Origin: Lama glama
Taxonomy: Eukaryota
Length of the DNA: 64,000 nt
Reading direction: 5' to 3'
Assembly: GCA_028534125.1 (NCBI GenBank)
Contig: CM052816.1
Location: forward strand, 81,036,001-81,100,000
Shown here: positions 14,445 to 26,100 of the stretch, piece after piece
Numbering within the stretch: the stretch's first letter is position 1
How the letters are laid out: each line of letters begins with the position of its first letter
Notes under the pieces: generated by a model
Databases searched by the model: none
What the model saw: only the letters and a program-made list of their open reading frames with translations
What the model was told of the DNA's origin: nothing
Position numbers and translations under genes: made by a program

Positions 14445-14542
14445 AAAAAGATGGAAGGAAGGAAGGGAGGGAGGGAGGGAGGGAGGAAGGGAGGAGGGAA
14501 GGGAGAAAGGAAGGAAGGGTGGGTCACGGAAGGAGGGAGGAA
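14445..14542 (+). repeat. (GGAA/GGGA)n purine-rich low-complexity tract
   Basis: Visible directly in sequence. Confidence 0.9.
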
Positions 14543-17500
14543 TAGATCTCCCATAATTCTACCATCTCCCTCCCACAATCAGGAACACTTTAAACAGGTT
14601 TATGAAGGTGGACATGGTTGGTTTATATAGTATTATTTCTGAAATCTTCAGTTCAGCATTCTTCAATTTTAGAATCTAAAATGTTCAGCTCAACCCAGTA
14701 GTATTTATTGAACATCTACTAAGTACCCAACATTTTATTAAGTGTTATGAAGGGTTCAGAAGAGAGAGTCTAAATCAAAATGGAAATATTTAGAGCTCAC
14801 TTATTCATTTTTTTTAATCTTTGAGTTTTGAACTATAAGGAATAGAGTACTAAATTTCAGATTTTACTATAATTTCTCCAGAAAAGAGACAACTAAATTC
14901 CATCTAAATACCTTAAGCCTGACAGAAATTAACCCTTAATCCAATCTGGAATTTTTTTTTAACTGAGAAAATAAAAACAAAAACAAAACATCCCAATAAA
15001 CCACTTACAACATTTAGGGAGTTCAAGACTCATATATGTTGACCATTGACTGATGCTAAAAATGGATCACCACTGTTTGCCAAAGCTTGAAGCGTCAGAC
15101 CAATCACACAACTTTCAGTGAACAGATCAATCCTTCCTAGGATTAAGTCTAACCGCATAATTTTCTATACTTAATCTTTAAAAACACTTAGAAAAATTTT
15201 CTCGAAAACAAATGTATCTCAAAATATCAATGTAGAAAGCTGGTAGTAGTAAAGCTCTTCTAATTGACAAGTAAGACTCTACCACCCCGCCCCCCATCCG
15301 CCCCTACCCCAGCTTCAAACTGCTCCACCCTCCCCCTCTGAGTTATCTCCAGGGCACCCTTGGGATCCTAAAAAGGATTACTAAAAATGAATATTCAGCA
15401 TCAGAAATGATTATCTAAACTGCTAAATAAAAACTAACCTAGATTTAGAAAATTAAGTTGGTTCCTTGTCTTTTGCTCCTAAACTGGTGCTGAGACCAGT
15501 GCCTGACTCCTGGGAGCTGATCTGTTATGACTTGAATAACTGCTTGAACTATCTAGAGGAAAGTCTCTAAGAAAGCCAAGAAGGTCCACTTAAGAAGGTT
15601 GGGTTTTTTGTTTGTTTGGTGAGTTTCGTTTCTTCTTTTTTCATCTCTCTCCCTATTTTTCACTCTAAGGCACATCTGTAGTCAATGCCCTAAAGCCCTG
15701 GTTCATCTGTAGCACCGTAGCACGAAGGATAGAACCTTGTATCATGGAGCGTTACATAACTCACGTCACAAGACAGGCGAGGACTGAGCTGCTCGTTGTC
15801 TTTCCTCACAGAACACGAATATTGCTGAATCTGTCCCCTTAATTTCAGGGCCAGTGATCTGATAGAGCTTAACTGAACCTCAGGCAGCAAGAAGAGCTTC
15901 ACAAGGAGACTGTTCCTCTATATTCAGCATAACATATAAACCTGCGTCTAGGCATAGAGCCTGCTGGATGAGTTCTCCAAGGGAAGAGTGGCCTCATTCT
16001 GGTCCCCTCCTCACCATGCTCAGGACCTTTTCCTAAACCAGGGGTAGTAGGTGAAACTGAGGACGCATTAACACAAATGTGTAGGAAAGGTGAAAAGAAG
16101 GGAAGCAAAATAGAAAGACCAAAAAGTTATAAGGAAATTATTAGAAAAGGGCAAAGAATCAAGCGAGATAGCTTGCTCACCCTTGGACATGTAGCGACCT
16201 TTCTCCTCTGTGTGGTGCCTCATTCTCCCTGCATCCAGGTGGTGGCACTGGTGCTCTTTCTGCCTCACCCTGTGGGCAGCATTCAGCTTGTCTCCCTAAA
16301 ATAGGAGGAACTCCAGGAGGTAAAGGAAGAGATGAGGGACACTTGGCTGCCCAGTACTGGGTCTGTTGGAACAAAGCCTCCAAGGACCATTCCTTTGTAA
16401 TGCATTGCCTTAACAAGGATGTGGCAATCCGTGAGCAAGGGAAAGAAAAAGGAAAGGAATTGGAACTATAATGGAATGTAGCCTATGGATGGAGCATTCA
16501 GGGGTGAGAAGGGAGAACTACTCCAGTTTTTTTAAGGCAGTCGTAAAGATGGTTGGATTAGACAATATCTATCCTAAATTATGCAGATTGTAGCCACAAA
16601 CCCATAGGTCAGTTTCTATCATTCTCAAACTTGTATAGCCCCAAAGCCTATATAAATTTCCCCATTCTGTTACTCTGTGTGGTCCCTGATTTTACAGATG
16701 GGAAGGGGAAAAAAAAGCCTAGAGAGGTCTGCTGACTTAGGCAAAGTCACATAGCTGGACACTGATAACGTTCTCTGGAGTCGTTTACTGGGTGAGCAGA
16801 AACACCAAAAGATAAAGACAGAGCTGCATAACTGTGTTGGGCTCTCACTTGGAGGTTTTTCTAATTAAACTAAGAGATTCTCTAACTATATCACAGGTGC
16901 TTTGGACACATCGCTTGCAAATAAGCCTTTATCTATGTGTTCCTAAAACTTAAGACAAACACAGAAATGCATCCAAATTGCAAAGAGAACAGGTCAGGAT
17001 TTCAAGTGGTTCTGGGAGAATGATCACAAGAATAGTCTGTTCATCAGGCAAATATATTGCGTCATGGTCTACAAATTAGAAAAATAGTATTTTGAATACT
17101 TCCACTTGGGGATTTCTCAATTAAGCTATAGAGAAAGGATTTCAAATGGACACTGTAGTAGAACATGCAAAAACCTGGGTCTCAGAGACACATTGGTTTC
17201 TAGTTCTTCTCTAGTCTCTATCAGACTTTGTGATCTTATGAAGCCCCTTAATCATCCTGCACCCCCACTTTTCTTCTCTCTAAAGCAAATGACTTCAACT
17301 GGATTAATCTTTAAATCCCATTTATCACCATCCAACCATCATGATTCTCCCTAAACTCTCTTTATGAACAAATGTTCCTCCATTGAAATTACTTTCTCTG
17401 TGGTTTTTCTCCACAATATTTCAAGGCCACTGTAACAGACTGCTGTAATATATAAACCTAAACTTTATTAGGGTTGTCCATGGGGCTAGTGGTTTTAACT

Positions 17501-19359
17501 GTGTCTTGTTTTATATACTCACTATTTCCATGGTTATCTAGAACTCTATTGTCAACTCTGTTTTTGCAGGCAAAGAGAAAACAAGGCTGGAATAGTCAAG
17601 AACGGACATGAGTTCCAGGAATGAATGTCATGCAAGATCCTACCATCCAACTAAGGTAAGAGTGACCAGAACACACTGGGAAAATGAAGGACATGTTTCA
17701 TTGGTAGCAAAAGTGACTTTCTTTTTCTTATTTTGACCAAATGTTCATTGATCTTGGGTAATACCATGCTAAGTTAACACAAGCTGTGTTTGTGTGTAGA
17801 TGTGTTCTCTTTATAGGAGAAAATTTTCATGTCTGTAGCAGATTTGAGTTGATCACTAAATAGTTAATCTTCATCCTAACTAAGGTAGCACACACACCTC
17901 AGAGTTCAAAGGGCCATTCCATCCTGGGCAGTTGGCACCGTCTTGTTCATGAGGACACGTGTATATCCCACCTGCCACGTGGCTTTGTACTCTCTGGAAT
18001 TAGATCACTGATTAGTGTTGGTTAATGTTCATCCTGCCTAATTCTTCTGATTTAATAAGAAATTAGGCAGGCAGAAGATATGATTCTGTTCTGACTTCTG
18101 GAAGTCTACATTTAGCCCAAGGATCTGATCCAAACATGGTTGGATATTTATCTGAAAAGCGGACCAATGACATGAGCACAGGTGACTCAAGTATCACTAA
18201 TGACTGTGAAGAGGTTTGTGGCATCTTCTCTCTTACAGACATTAAAAGAAAAATATATTTCACAGAATCTTGAAAAAAATGCACTGGTAAAGTAAAACTG
18301 AAGGGCTATATACACTGTGGTTGCTTGGATAATGAATTCGTTCCAAGTTTCTCAGAATTTATATACTAACACTGTTCACATTCAACTTTCCTTTTGGCCC
18401 CTTTTCCCTGTTTTGTAAATCGATCCATTTTCCTTTAAGATGAAGAGTTACGTAAAGAATGTTTAAAGGCCTTTGACAATTTCATTCTCTGGACCCCTAG
18501 GAGATGTGTTAATGTTTATGGCAGGAAAGCAAGATGATCTTAAACTCACCCAGGCTCTTCTAACCCTGAATTGTGGCCGGGAGTTGGTTTTGTGAGGTTT
18601 TAGACTAGTAAACAAAGTACACTTTAACTTTTTCCTGCTTCCACTCTTCCTGAAACCTTGCTCTTTTTAGGTTCTTCTGTGTTTAAAAGGGTAAAATTAG
18701 TAATGCGGGTGGCCTCCCACTCTGCATTTTAGCACGAGACCGTTCTCTTTCCCAGCACCTGGTTTCTCCTTCCAAGTCCATCCTCCATCAGTGCTCTGAG
18801 AAAGCATTCCCGCACTCCCAGCCCAGAGCTTCTCAAATACTTACAAGTTGCAGTTCTCTTTGCCCAGACGTGATCTTTTATGGGCACTCAGCAGGCAAAG
18901 CAGGTAAAATGTTGTTGAAATGCAGGTAGAGGGCCCAGAGCCCCACAGGATCTACCTTCTCCACTTCTGCTCAGCACCGTCCTGGTTATCACAGCTGCCC
19001 GTGAAAGGGACTTGAACCCCCAGGGTAGGCAGAGCTAAGTCTGAAGACTACTATTCTACTCAAAAATATTTTCCTCCTTCCTCTGGACACCTATTTTATT
19101 CACTGTTTCTAACATTCATTCATTTATTCATTCATTCAGCAAATATTTATTGAGACCGACTGTGACTACCTGGCCCATAATTATGTGTGGCCTGATTATA
19201 ACACCTCATTTTGTTGGAATTCTCAGTTTAAATGTCCACCTCCCCATAGGCAGCGGGATCTTCCTTAGATCCTCTGATCCTACACAGAATTCAGAACAGA
19301 ATACATGTTTGATTTTCCCATATGCCCACAGGTCTCTGCACAAATGCCACCTTATTAGG

Positions 19360-19490
19360 GAGGCCACAACCAGCCTCACTTGGGAGCTGATCAGAAAAAC
19401 AGAAGCTCAGGCCCAACTCAGACTATCAGTTGGAATCTTGCTAACACCCACAGCAGACTGTATGCACATTGAAGTGTGGGCGGCCCCGCA
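19360..19490. mobile_element. MER5-like hAT-Charlie fragment
   Basis: 'cagcctcacttgggagctgatcagaaaaacagaagctcaggccc...cacattgaagtgtgg'. Confidence 0.55.
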
Positions 19491-20916
19491 GTCCAGCCGA
19501 GCCCCGCCTGACTCTTCCACGCTGCCTTCATGCCACGGCTTCCCTTATTGCATTGAACTGTTTGATTTTCAAACATGACATGACACTTGGTGTAAATATA
19601 TTTATAGCTCCTCAGCCTCTTTAAAAGCATTTCCATGAGTCAATTAACAACTATAATTTGAACATCTATATACTGGGAAACCGACCCCTGAGAAGATAAA
19701 ATCTGACACAGATTTTCCCTGTGGGAAAACATGCAAGAGGACTCATCACATGGCATTCAAAGCAGCCACTTAAAAAGAGGAGGCAGAAGGGCCACTTCCA
19801 CCCTTGAGGCCACTAGCAGGGACGCCGGGGTGAGGCAAGGAAGAATGACAGCAGAACCCTGGGAATTTGGGGATGTGGGCACTTAGGGGCCTAATCCCCC
19901 AGCAAAGCTTTGACAAACAGCACATTCGGCAGCTGATTTCTGTGGTCTCAGAGAGATGGCCTCTGTCCTCCAGATTTGTCTTCTTTGAAGTCATGAGTCC
20001 TGACCTTCAGAGAAAGGAATAGAGAGTGACAAAGGAAGGCTGATATTCTTTAATACCTCAAAGGAAGCAGGAGGAGCTTGGTCATTTGAAAGATGACAAA
20101 GACATTCTTAAGGTGGTTGGGGATGGGGAGGAAGGACAGTGGAGCAAGGGAGCTCAGGCAGCAGCCTCCGTGAGTCATTTCCTTCTGTGTGTGTGTGTGC
20201 GCATGCATGTATTTATACACTTTTTCGCCTTTGGATGTGGAAATCATTTCAAACATTCAGAAAAGCTGCAGGAATGTCACCCATTGTTAACAAATGGCCC
20301 CATTTACTTGATCAATTTCATGTTTCCCTCTCTTTTTTCTCCCTCTCTCCCTCTCTACCTGTATAGACAGATAAAATTATTTTTTGAACCATTTGAGAGT
20401 AAGTGGCACACATCAGGCACATTTACCCCTATATGTCTTGGTGTATATTTTAAAGAATGTGAACATGCTCTTCCATAACCACAGCGATAACTTTAAATGT
20501 CCTAACTTCTCATGTGACCACATTTATCTTGGCATTGTTTCACCATGAAGATGACCGCTTCCTACTTGATGAATATCTTTGGAGTTGAACTCATGTTCTG
20601 ACTCTTAAGCATTTTTCACTGTGATTTACTGCTGTGAGTAAAAACTCTTTTCTGTATAACCCTAACTTTTCCTCACAAGCTCTTGGCTCTGCCGTGTTCC
20701 TTCTCTCCCCTCTACCAGACTACCTCTAATAACCGACCGTGGTAATGCAGAGCGGGGACGTGGTCACCGAAGTTGTCACTTCACAGGCCCAGTTGAAGCA
20801 TTTGATCTGAAATCCATCCTTTATTCTTAGAAAAAAATCAGATAATATGTTTGAGTTAAAAATCAAGCCATTTTTATTACGAACTGTGTCAGGATTTTGG
20901 CTGCAGTTTTAGGTTA

Positions 20917-21753
20917 TAGTACCCGCTGTTATCTGCAGGGGATGTTCCAAGGCCCCCAGTAAATGCCTGAAACCACAGAGGGTGTTGAACCTTGTTTATA
21001 TTTTTTGTTTTTCCCTATGCATACATACCTGTGATAAACGTTAATGTCTTAATCAGGCACAGGAAAAGATTAACAACAACAACTAGTAGTAAAGGAGAAC
21101 AATCATAACAACGTACTGTAAGAAGAGTTCCGTGACGTGGTCTCTCTCTCTCAGAGTATCTTATAGTACAAATTTAATGCCTTTTCCATCTCAGCTAAGT
21201 GCTTATCACTCACTGTGGCCATAACTTTTACAGTTTGAGGTGGGACAACAGAACTAGCACAAATTTCTTTTCTCGTCTTCACAATTTCAGTGATAGAGGA
21301 TTCATTCTTACTATAGATCTTAGCACCCCAGCACACAGTTTCTTTACTTTCCTTATTAAATCAAGAACTTGCACCTTTTCACTTAAAGGAAGCACTTTAC
21401 AGCTTCGCTGTGGCATTTTCGAACCACCAGCATCTCTACTCCAGGACCATTATTAAGTGAAATAAGGGTTACTCGAACACAAGTACTATGACACCATGAC
21501 AGTAGATGTGATAGCTGAGAGGGGAACTACATGACTAATGAGCGGGATACACCAGACCAAAGGGTGATTCACACCCCAGCTGGGAAGGAGGGGGACCGAG
21601 TGAGATTTTTATCGTGCTGTTCTGAGTGGCATGCAATTTAAAACTCATGAGTTGTATATTTCTGGAATTTTACATTTAATATTTTCTGACTATGGTTGAT
21701 TATGAGTAGCCGAAACCATAGAAAGTGAAACTATGGACAAGAGGGGACTATTG
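20917..21753 (-). mobile_element. Tigger7/MER44-type TcMar DNA transposon with transposase remnant
   Basis: TA-flanked degenerate TIRs (tagtacccgctgttatctgcaggggatgttccaagg ... aagaggggactattg). Minus ORF 21151-21336 'AKIYSKNESSITEIVKTRKEICAS...MEKALNL' resembles the Tigger N-terminal HTH/CENP-B-like region. Confidence 0.85.
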
Positions 21754-22454
21754 TACTGTCCCTTAAGAACTATAAGAGATGAAGACAGAACCGAAAATGG
21801 AAGAAGTTATACTCTGAAATAGGCAGGCAACTGAATTGATTTTATAAACTAAAATGCTAAAGCTCAGCTTTTAAATTATGAAAATAGCATTTCTCACCTT
21901 ATGTATTATTTATTTTTATTTTTAAAAACATAGTTGAGCTGAGCTATAATATACCCTTCCAAATGAGAAAATGTCTTAATGTTCAAAAGGATCAAATTGT
22001 GCGTATGATTAGTAGGTCAGCTCTTTAACAACTGGTCTGAAGGGAACGTCATAAAACTCTTAAATCCTACTGAATTTGTGCCCCTGTATAAGCCCCAATG
22101 TCATCGGTAAATATAAGTGATTTTTACTCTTTTTTCACATGTGTGTGATTCACAAAACAGCTTCTACAAAGAACTGTCTTCTAAATTTAACAAATTGTCC
22201 CAGGTGGTTTTCATTATTTTGGAATGTTAAAACTAAATTCTGATCAGTCTTATGCATGTATGGAGACCTAGAACTAGGGAGTAATTTGTTCAAACACCTG
22301 GTTATCATGTAGTGTCTAAATTTACATAGAAGTTAATGGACTCTAAATAAATAGGAATTCTTGCAATCATCACTCCCCATTAGGCTGCCTATAAGATGAG
22401 TTTTATTAAATTTAATTAGCCTTTATAAATATATAACTACATTATTAGTAAATG

Positions 22455-22692
22455 TTCCATCAAGACTTAAATCTTTGAACTTCTTTTTTTATATCTCCAT
22501 TTGCTTCCTTGGGGATCCTGTCTAGTCTCATGGCTTTAAATAGAATATACATGTTGATGACTCCCAAATTTATGTTACTAGTCCATCCTCCCTCCTGAAC
22601 TCCTGAACCATATATACAACCAACCATCTGTTTGACCATACACTTGGATGAGATCGTACATCTCAAATTAATTTGGTCCAAACTGGAATACT
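22455..22692 (+). mobile_element. L2 fragment (5' part, interrupted by L1)
   Basis: 'ctcatggctttaaatagaatatacatgttgatgactcccaaatttatg' L2 motif. Confidence 0.75.
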
Positions 22693-22699
22693 ATATTTG

Positions 22700-23625
22700 T
22701 AATACATGTAGCTAAAAAATTCTGGTATCTAGAATATATGAAGAACTACAAATCAGTAAGAAAAGGTAAAGCAATTAAAACAAACAAAACTTGAATAGCT
22801 GCTTCATATCCAAATGATCAATAAACAAATTAAAAAGTGCTCAACATCATTACCTATCAGAAAAAAATGCAAATTAAAATCACAACGTGGTATCAGTGCA
22901 CACCTACCAGAATGCGGAAAAAAAACCCCATGACAACAAGGACTGACAACATCAAGCGTTGGCAAGGATGTCTAGCGATCGGAACTGTCTTATATTGCTG
23001 ATGAAGTGTAAGTTTGTTCAACCACTTTTGTTCAAAACTTTTTGGTAGTATTTACTAAAGCTGAACACGCGTCCACTCTGTGACAGCATTTCCACTCCTA
23101 GGAATACCCAAGGAAAACTAATGAATGTATCCACCAAAAAATACAGACAAGAATGTTCATGACATCTTTATTCATAATAGCCGAAACCCAGAAGCAACTT
23201 GCCCAAATGCCCATCAGTAGGAGAATGGATAAATAACGGTATACTCATACAATGGAACACTACTCCACAATGAGAGAGAGAGGGAGGGAGGGAGGGAGCA
23301 GAGCCACTGATACATGCAGCATGAGTGAATCTCAAAATATAAAGCTGAGCTAAAAAAGCCAATAAAACAGTACATAGTCTATGGTTCCATTTAAAAGAAG
23401 TTTAAGACCAACAAAAATAATCAGTAGTATTAGAAGTCAAAAGAGCAATTGCCTTGTTGAGAAGATGGGGACTGAAAGGGACAAAGATTCTTCTGAGTTG
23501 ATGGCAGTATTCTGTATCTTGATCCAAGTGTTGGTCACGTAGGTGGATACTTGTAAATTTATTAAACTCTGCACTTAAAATTTTGTACTTTACTGTGTTC
23601 AACTTATGTCTCATTTTTAAAAAAT
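22700..23625 (+). mobile_element. Old L1 (L1MC/ME) 3' portion
   Basis: 'gcaaattaaaatcacaac...cagcatttccactcctaggaataccc...aatgcccatcagtaggagaatggataaa' ORF2 end and 3' UTR, A-rich tail. Confidence 0.85.
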
Positions 23626-23629
23626 GGGA

Positions 23630-23995
23630 AAAAAATACAAGTCAAATCACATCACTTCTCTATTTAAACTCTGTGATGGCTGGCTTCCCATCTCACTCCT
23701 AGACAAAGCCCAGGTCCCTACTATTTACCACGCCCCACACGATCTCCTCCAGCTGCCTTGCACTGGATTCCACTCATGTTCTACTTCAATATTTCTCAAA
23801 TACACCAGGCATTCTTCTGTCTCATAACACGCCACACATTTTACATATGGTTTATTGTCAGTCTCCTGCACTTGATCATAAGCTTTATGAGAGCAGACAT
23901 TTTTGTCAGTTTTCTTTACTGTCATATCCCTAGATTCTAGAAGAGAGCCTGAGGTATGATAGGTGCTCAACAAATAATTTGTAATGAATGAGGAA
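23630..23995 (+). mobile_element. L2 3' end (continuation)
   Basis: 'gagcctgaggtatgataggtgctcaacaaataatttgtaatgaatga' L2 terminus. Confidence 0.75.
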
Positions 23996-24214
23996 ACCAT
24001 CATCACAGTATTTTCTTTGAATATCAGACACCTTTTGTACATACTTCATGTTCTTTCAGCCAGCCTTTTACTCCAACCATCCTGTACTCATTAATTCCGT
24101 ACAGATTTCAACCAGATTGCCTGGATTTAACATGTTGTTATTATATAACAAGTGACTCACCTTGGATCATGCAATGGATCTTTCATGTCTTAAACTGAGG
24201 CTTCTCTAATGCCA

Positions 24215-24732
24215 AGGGATAGAAATCTGCTTACTACGCAAGAGCAACCCAGCAAGCTTACTCCATGGAGGCAGCCCTCAACCACTGGGCAGGAAAGTTA
24301 ATGGAGAAATGCTTTCTCCCTTCATCCTCTAGGGCAAAAGTAGGAAAACTTGTTCTGGGAAGGGCCAGATAAAAAGTAATTTAAGTTTTTCAGGCTACAG
24401 AGTCCCTGTCACAACTGTTAGACTCTGCCATCATAGCCTGAAAGCAGCCATAGAAGATACATAAATGAATGGTGTCGTTTGTTCCAATAAAACTTTATTT
24501 ACAAAAATAAGTGGCCAGCCAGACTTGTTCCAGAGGCCATAGTTTGCCAATTCCTGTTCTAGGCAGCAGTCTGAGACATATTTCAAAAGGCTCATCAGAA
24601 ATTCCCAGCAGGAACTTTCCCTCCATCCCTGCTTCACTCCCCCCGTCCTTCCCCAGAACCACTTCCCAAATTAACTACCTGCATGCAAGCCTTAGTCTCA
24701 GTCTCTGCTTTAAGAGAAACCCAGCCTATACC
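24215..24732 (+). mobile_element. ERVL LTR (LTR16-like) interrupted by MER58
   Basis: 3' end 'cacttcccaaattaactacctgcatgcaagccttagtctcagtctctgctttaagagaaacccagcctatac'. Confidence 0.6.
24336..24556. mobile_element. MER58A hAT-Charlie element
   Basis: 'aagggccagataaaaag...gaaagcagccatagaagatac...ttccaataaaactttatttacaaaaa...gccatagtttgccaattcctg'. Confidence 0.85.
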
Positions 24733-24949
24733 ATCATCCATAGAAACATGATTGCATTCTTACTAGAAGTCAAATATTATTTGATTCCTGGTAATAAGTA
24801 TAAATAGTCCTTAATCTCATATATTTTATTTGAAAACATATCATAATTAAAAAATTACGTACACCAAACCAGATTCTTCTAAGAAATGATGTAATGCTAG
24901 CTCTTCTGATTTCAAGGGCCAGGTGTCACTTTTCCACAAAAAGCATTTT

Positions 24950-25010
24950 TAAAATTGAAATATAGTCAGTTTACAATGTTGTATTAATTTCTGGTGTATA
25001 GCATAGTGAT

Positions 25011-25061
<51 letters not shown>

Positions 25062-25204
25062 ACTTTTCATTTTCTTTTTATTATAGGTTATTACAAGGTA
25101 TTGAATATAACTCCCTGTGCTATACAGTAGGACCTTGTTGTTTATCTATTTTATACATTGTAATTAGCATCTGCAAATTTTAAACCCCCAATTTATCCCT
25201 CCAG
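24950..25204 (-). mobile_element. Lineage-specific 5'-truncated L1 3' end with internal (TA)n
   Basis: Same 3' end family as 39321-39610; flanking direct repeat aaagcatttttaaa at 24940-24953 and 25205-25218. Confidence 0.85.
25016..25052. repeat. (TA)n microsatellite
   Basis: Visible directly in sequence. Confidence 0.95.
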
Positions 25205-25683
25205 AAAGCATTTTTAAACTATTATTGACCTGAACAAGACAATAAATAAAATATAAAATGTTATTTAATAAAAATAGCCTAGACAACCAAACTGTAAAAA
25301 ATTCTTATTTTTGTGACTCTTCCCTCAATTTTATTCAACATTATAGAAGAACATCTTTTGTGAAGAAATTGTGACAGACATCCATGAGGAAATGCCAAAC
25401 CATTTTAATGGCTATTGAAAACCTGATCAAGGAATGTTACACTTCCTGCTATTATGCTTTCTAAAAAAATTTCCTGTGGCGTTATAGCCTTAGGAATCAA
25501 TTGTTAATTTTCTGCTGCATCCAGTTTTCAACATTTTCCTCAAAATTGTCTGTATTTGCCTGCTGTAACTTTTGATAAGTGGTTACATGGTTGTGTCTAG
25601 CAATGCACCATAAATAGGAAATTCACTAACTTGGACCCCTGCAATTAAGTTGAGGACATTCATACTTGAAATCTATGCATTTG

Positions 25684-25717
25684 TAGCCTTAGCCTTAGCC
25701 CTAGCCTTAGCCTTAGT
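25684..25717. repeat. (TAGCCT)n hexamer microsatellite, about 5.5 units
   Basis: tagccttagccttagccctagccttagccttagt. Confidence 0.9.
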
Positions 25718-25879
25718 CATTTTATAAGATATGATCTTGTCCGCAGAGATATTTTATAGAGATGTGTTGATGGCATTACTATTAAAGAAACAGACAAAGG
25801 ACACGTTTTTCTGATGGTGGACTCTCCAGCCTAGATAGGCTCACTTTAACTAGGCTATGGGGAATCAAGTCCTTTCTTT

Positions 25880-26100
25880 GAGTTAGGACGCTAGGGTTCA
25901 ACTTCTGCCTCCTCAGTTTCCTAGCTCTGTGACCTTAGACAATTTACTTCAATTCTCTAAGCCTCTGGGTTTTTTTAATCTAAAAAGTGGGAATAATGAT
26001 ACCAACCTCACAGGATTGTTGTGAGTATTAAAGAATAATTTATGAAAAAGAGTCAACACAGTGCCTGACACACAGCAAATGTTTAGTTAACAATGACTAT
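25880..26100 (+). mobile_element. MIR SINE
   Basis: 'ctagctctgtgaccttagac...aacctcacaggattgttgtgagtattaa...acagtgcctgacacacag'. Confidence 0.8.

Noticed and set aside
19150..19578. 142-aa ORF (also 131 aa at 5031, 137 aa at 46801, 130 aa at 20086)
   Set aside because: These overlap degenerate repeats (L2/MER5, MER81, L1), most lack an ATG start, and none resembles a known protein
25684..25717. Telomere-like hexamer array
   Set aside because: The unit is TTAGCC/GGCTAA, not vertebrate TTAGGG; ordinary short microsatellite
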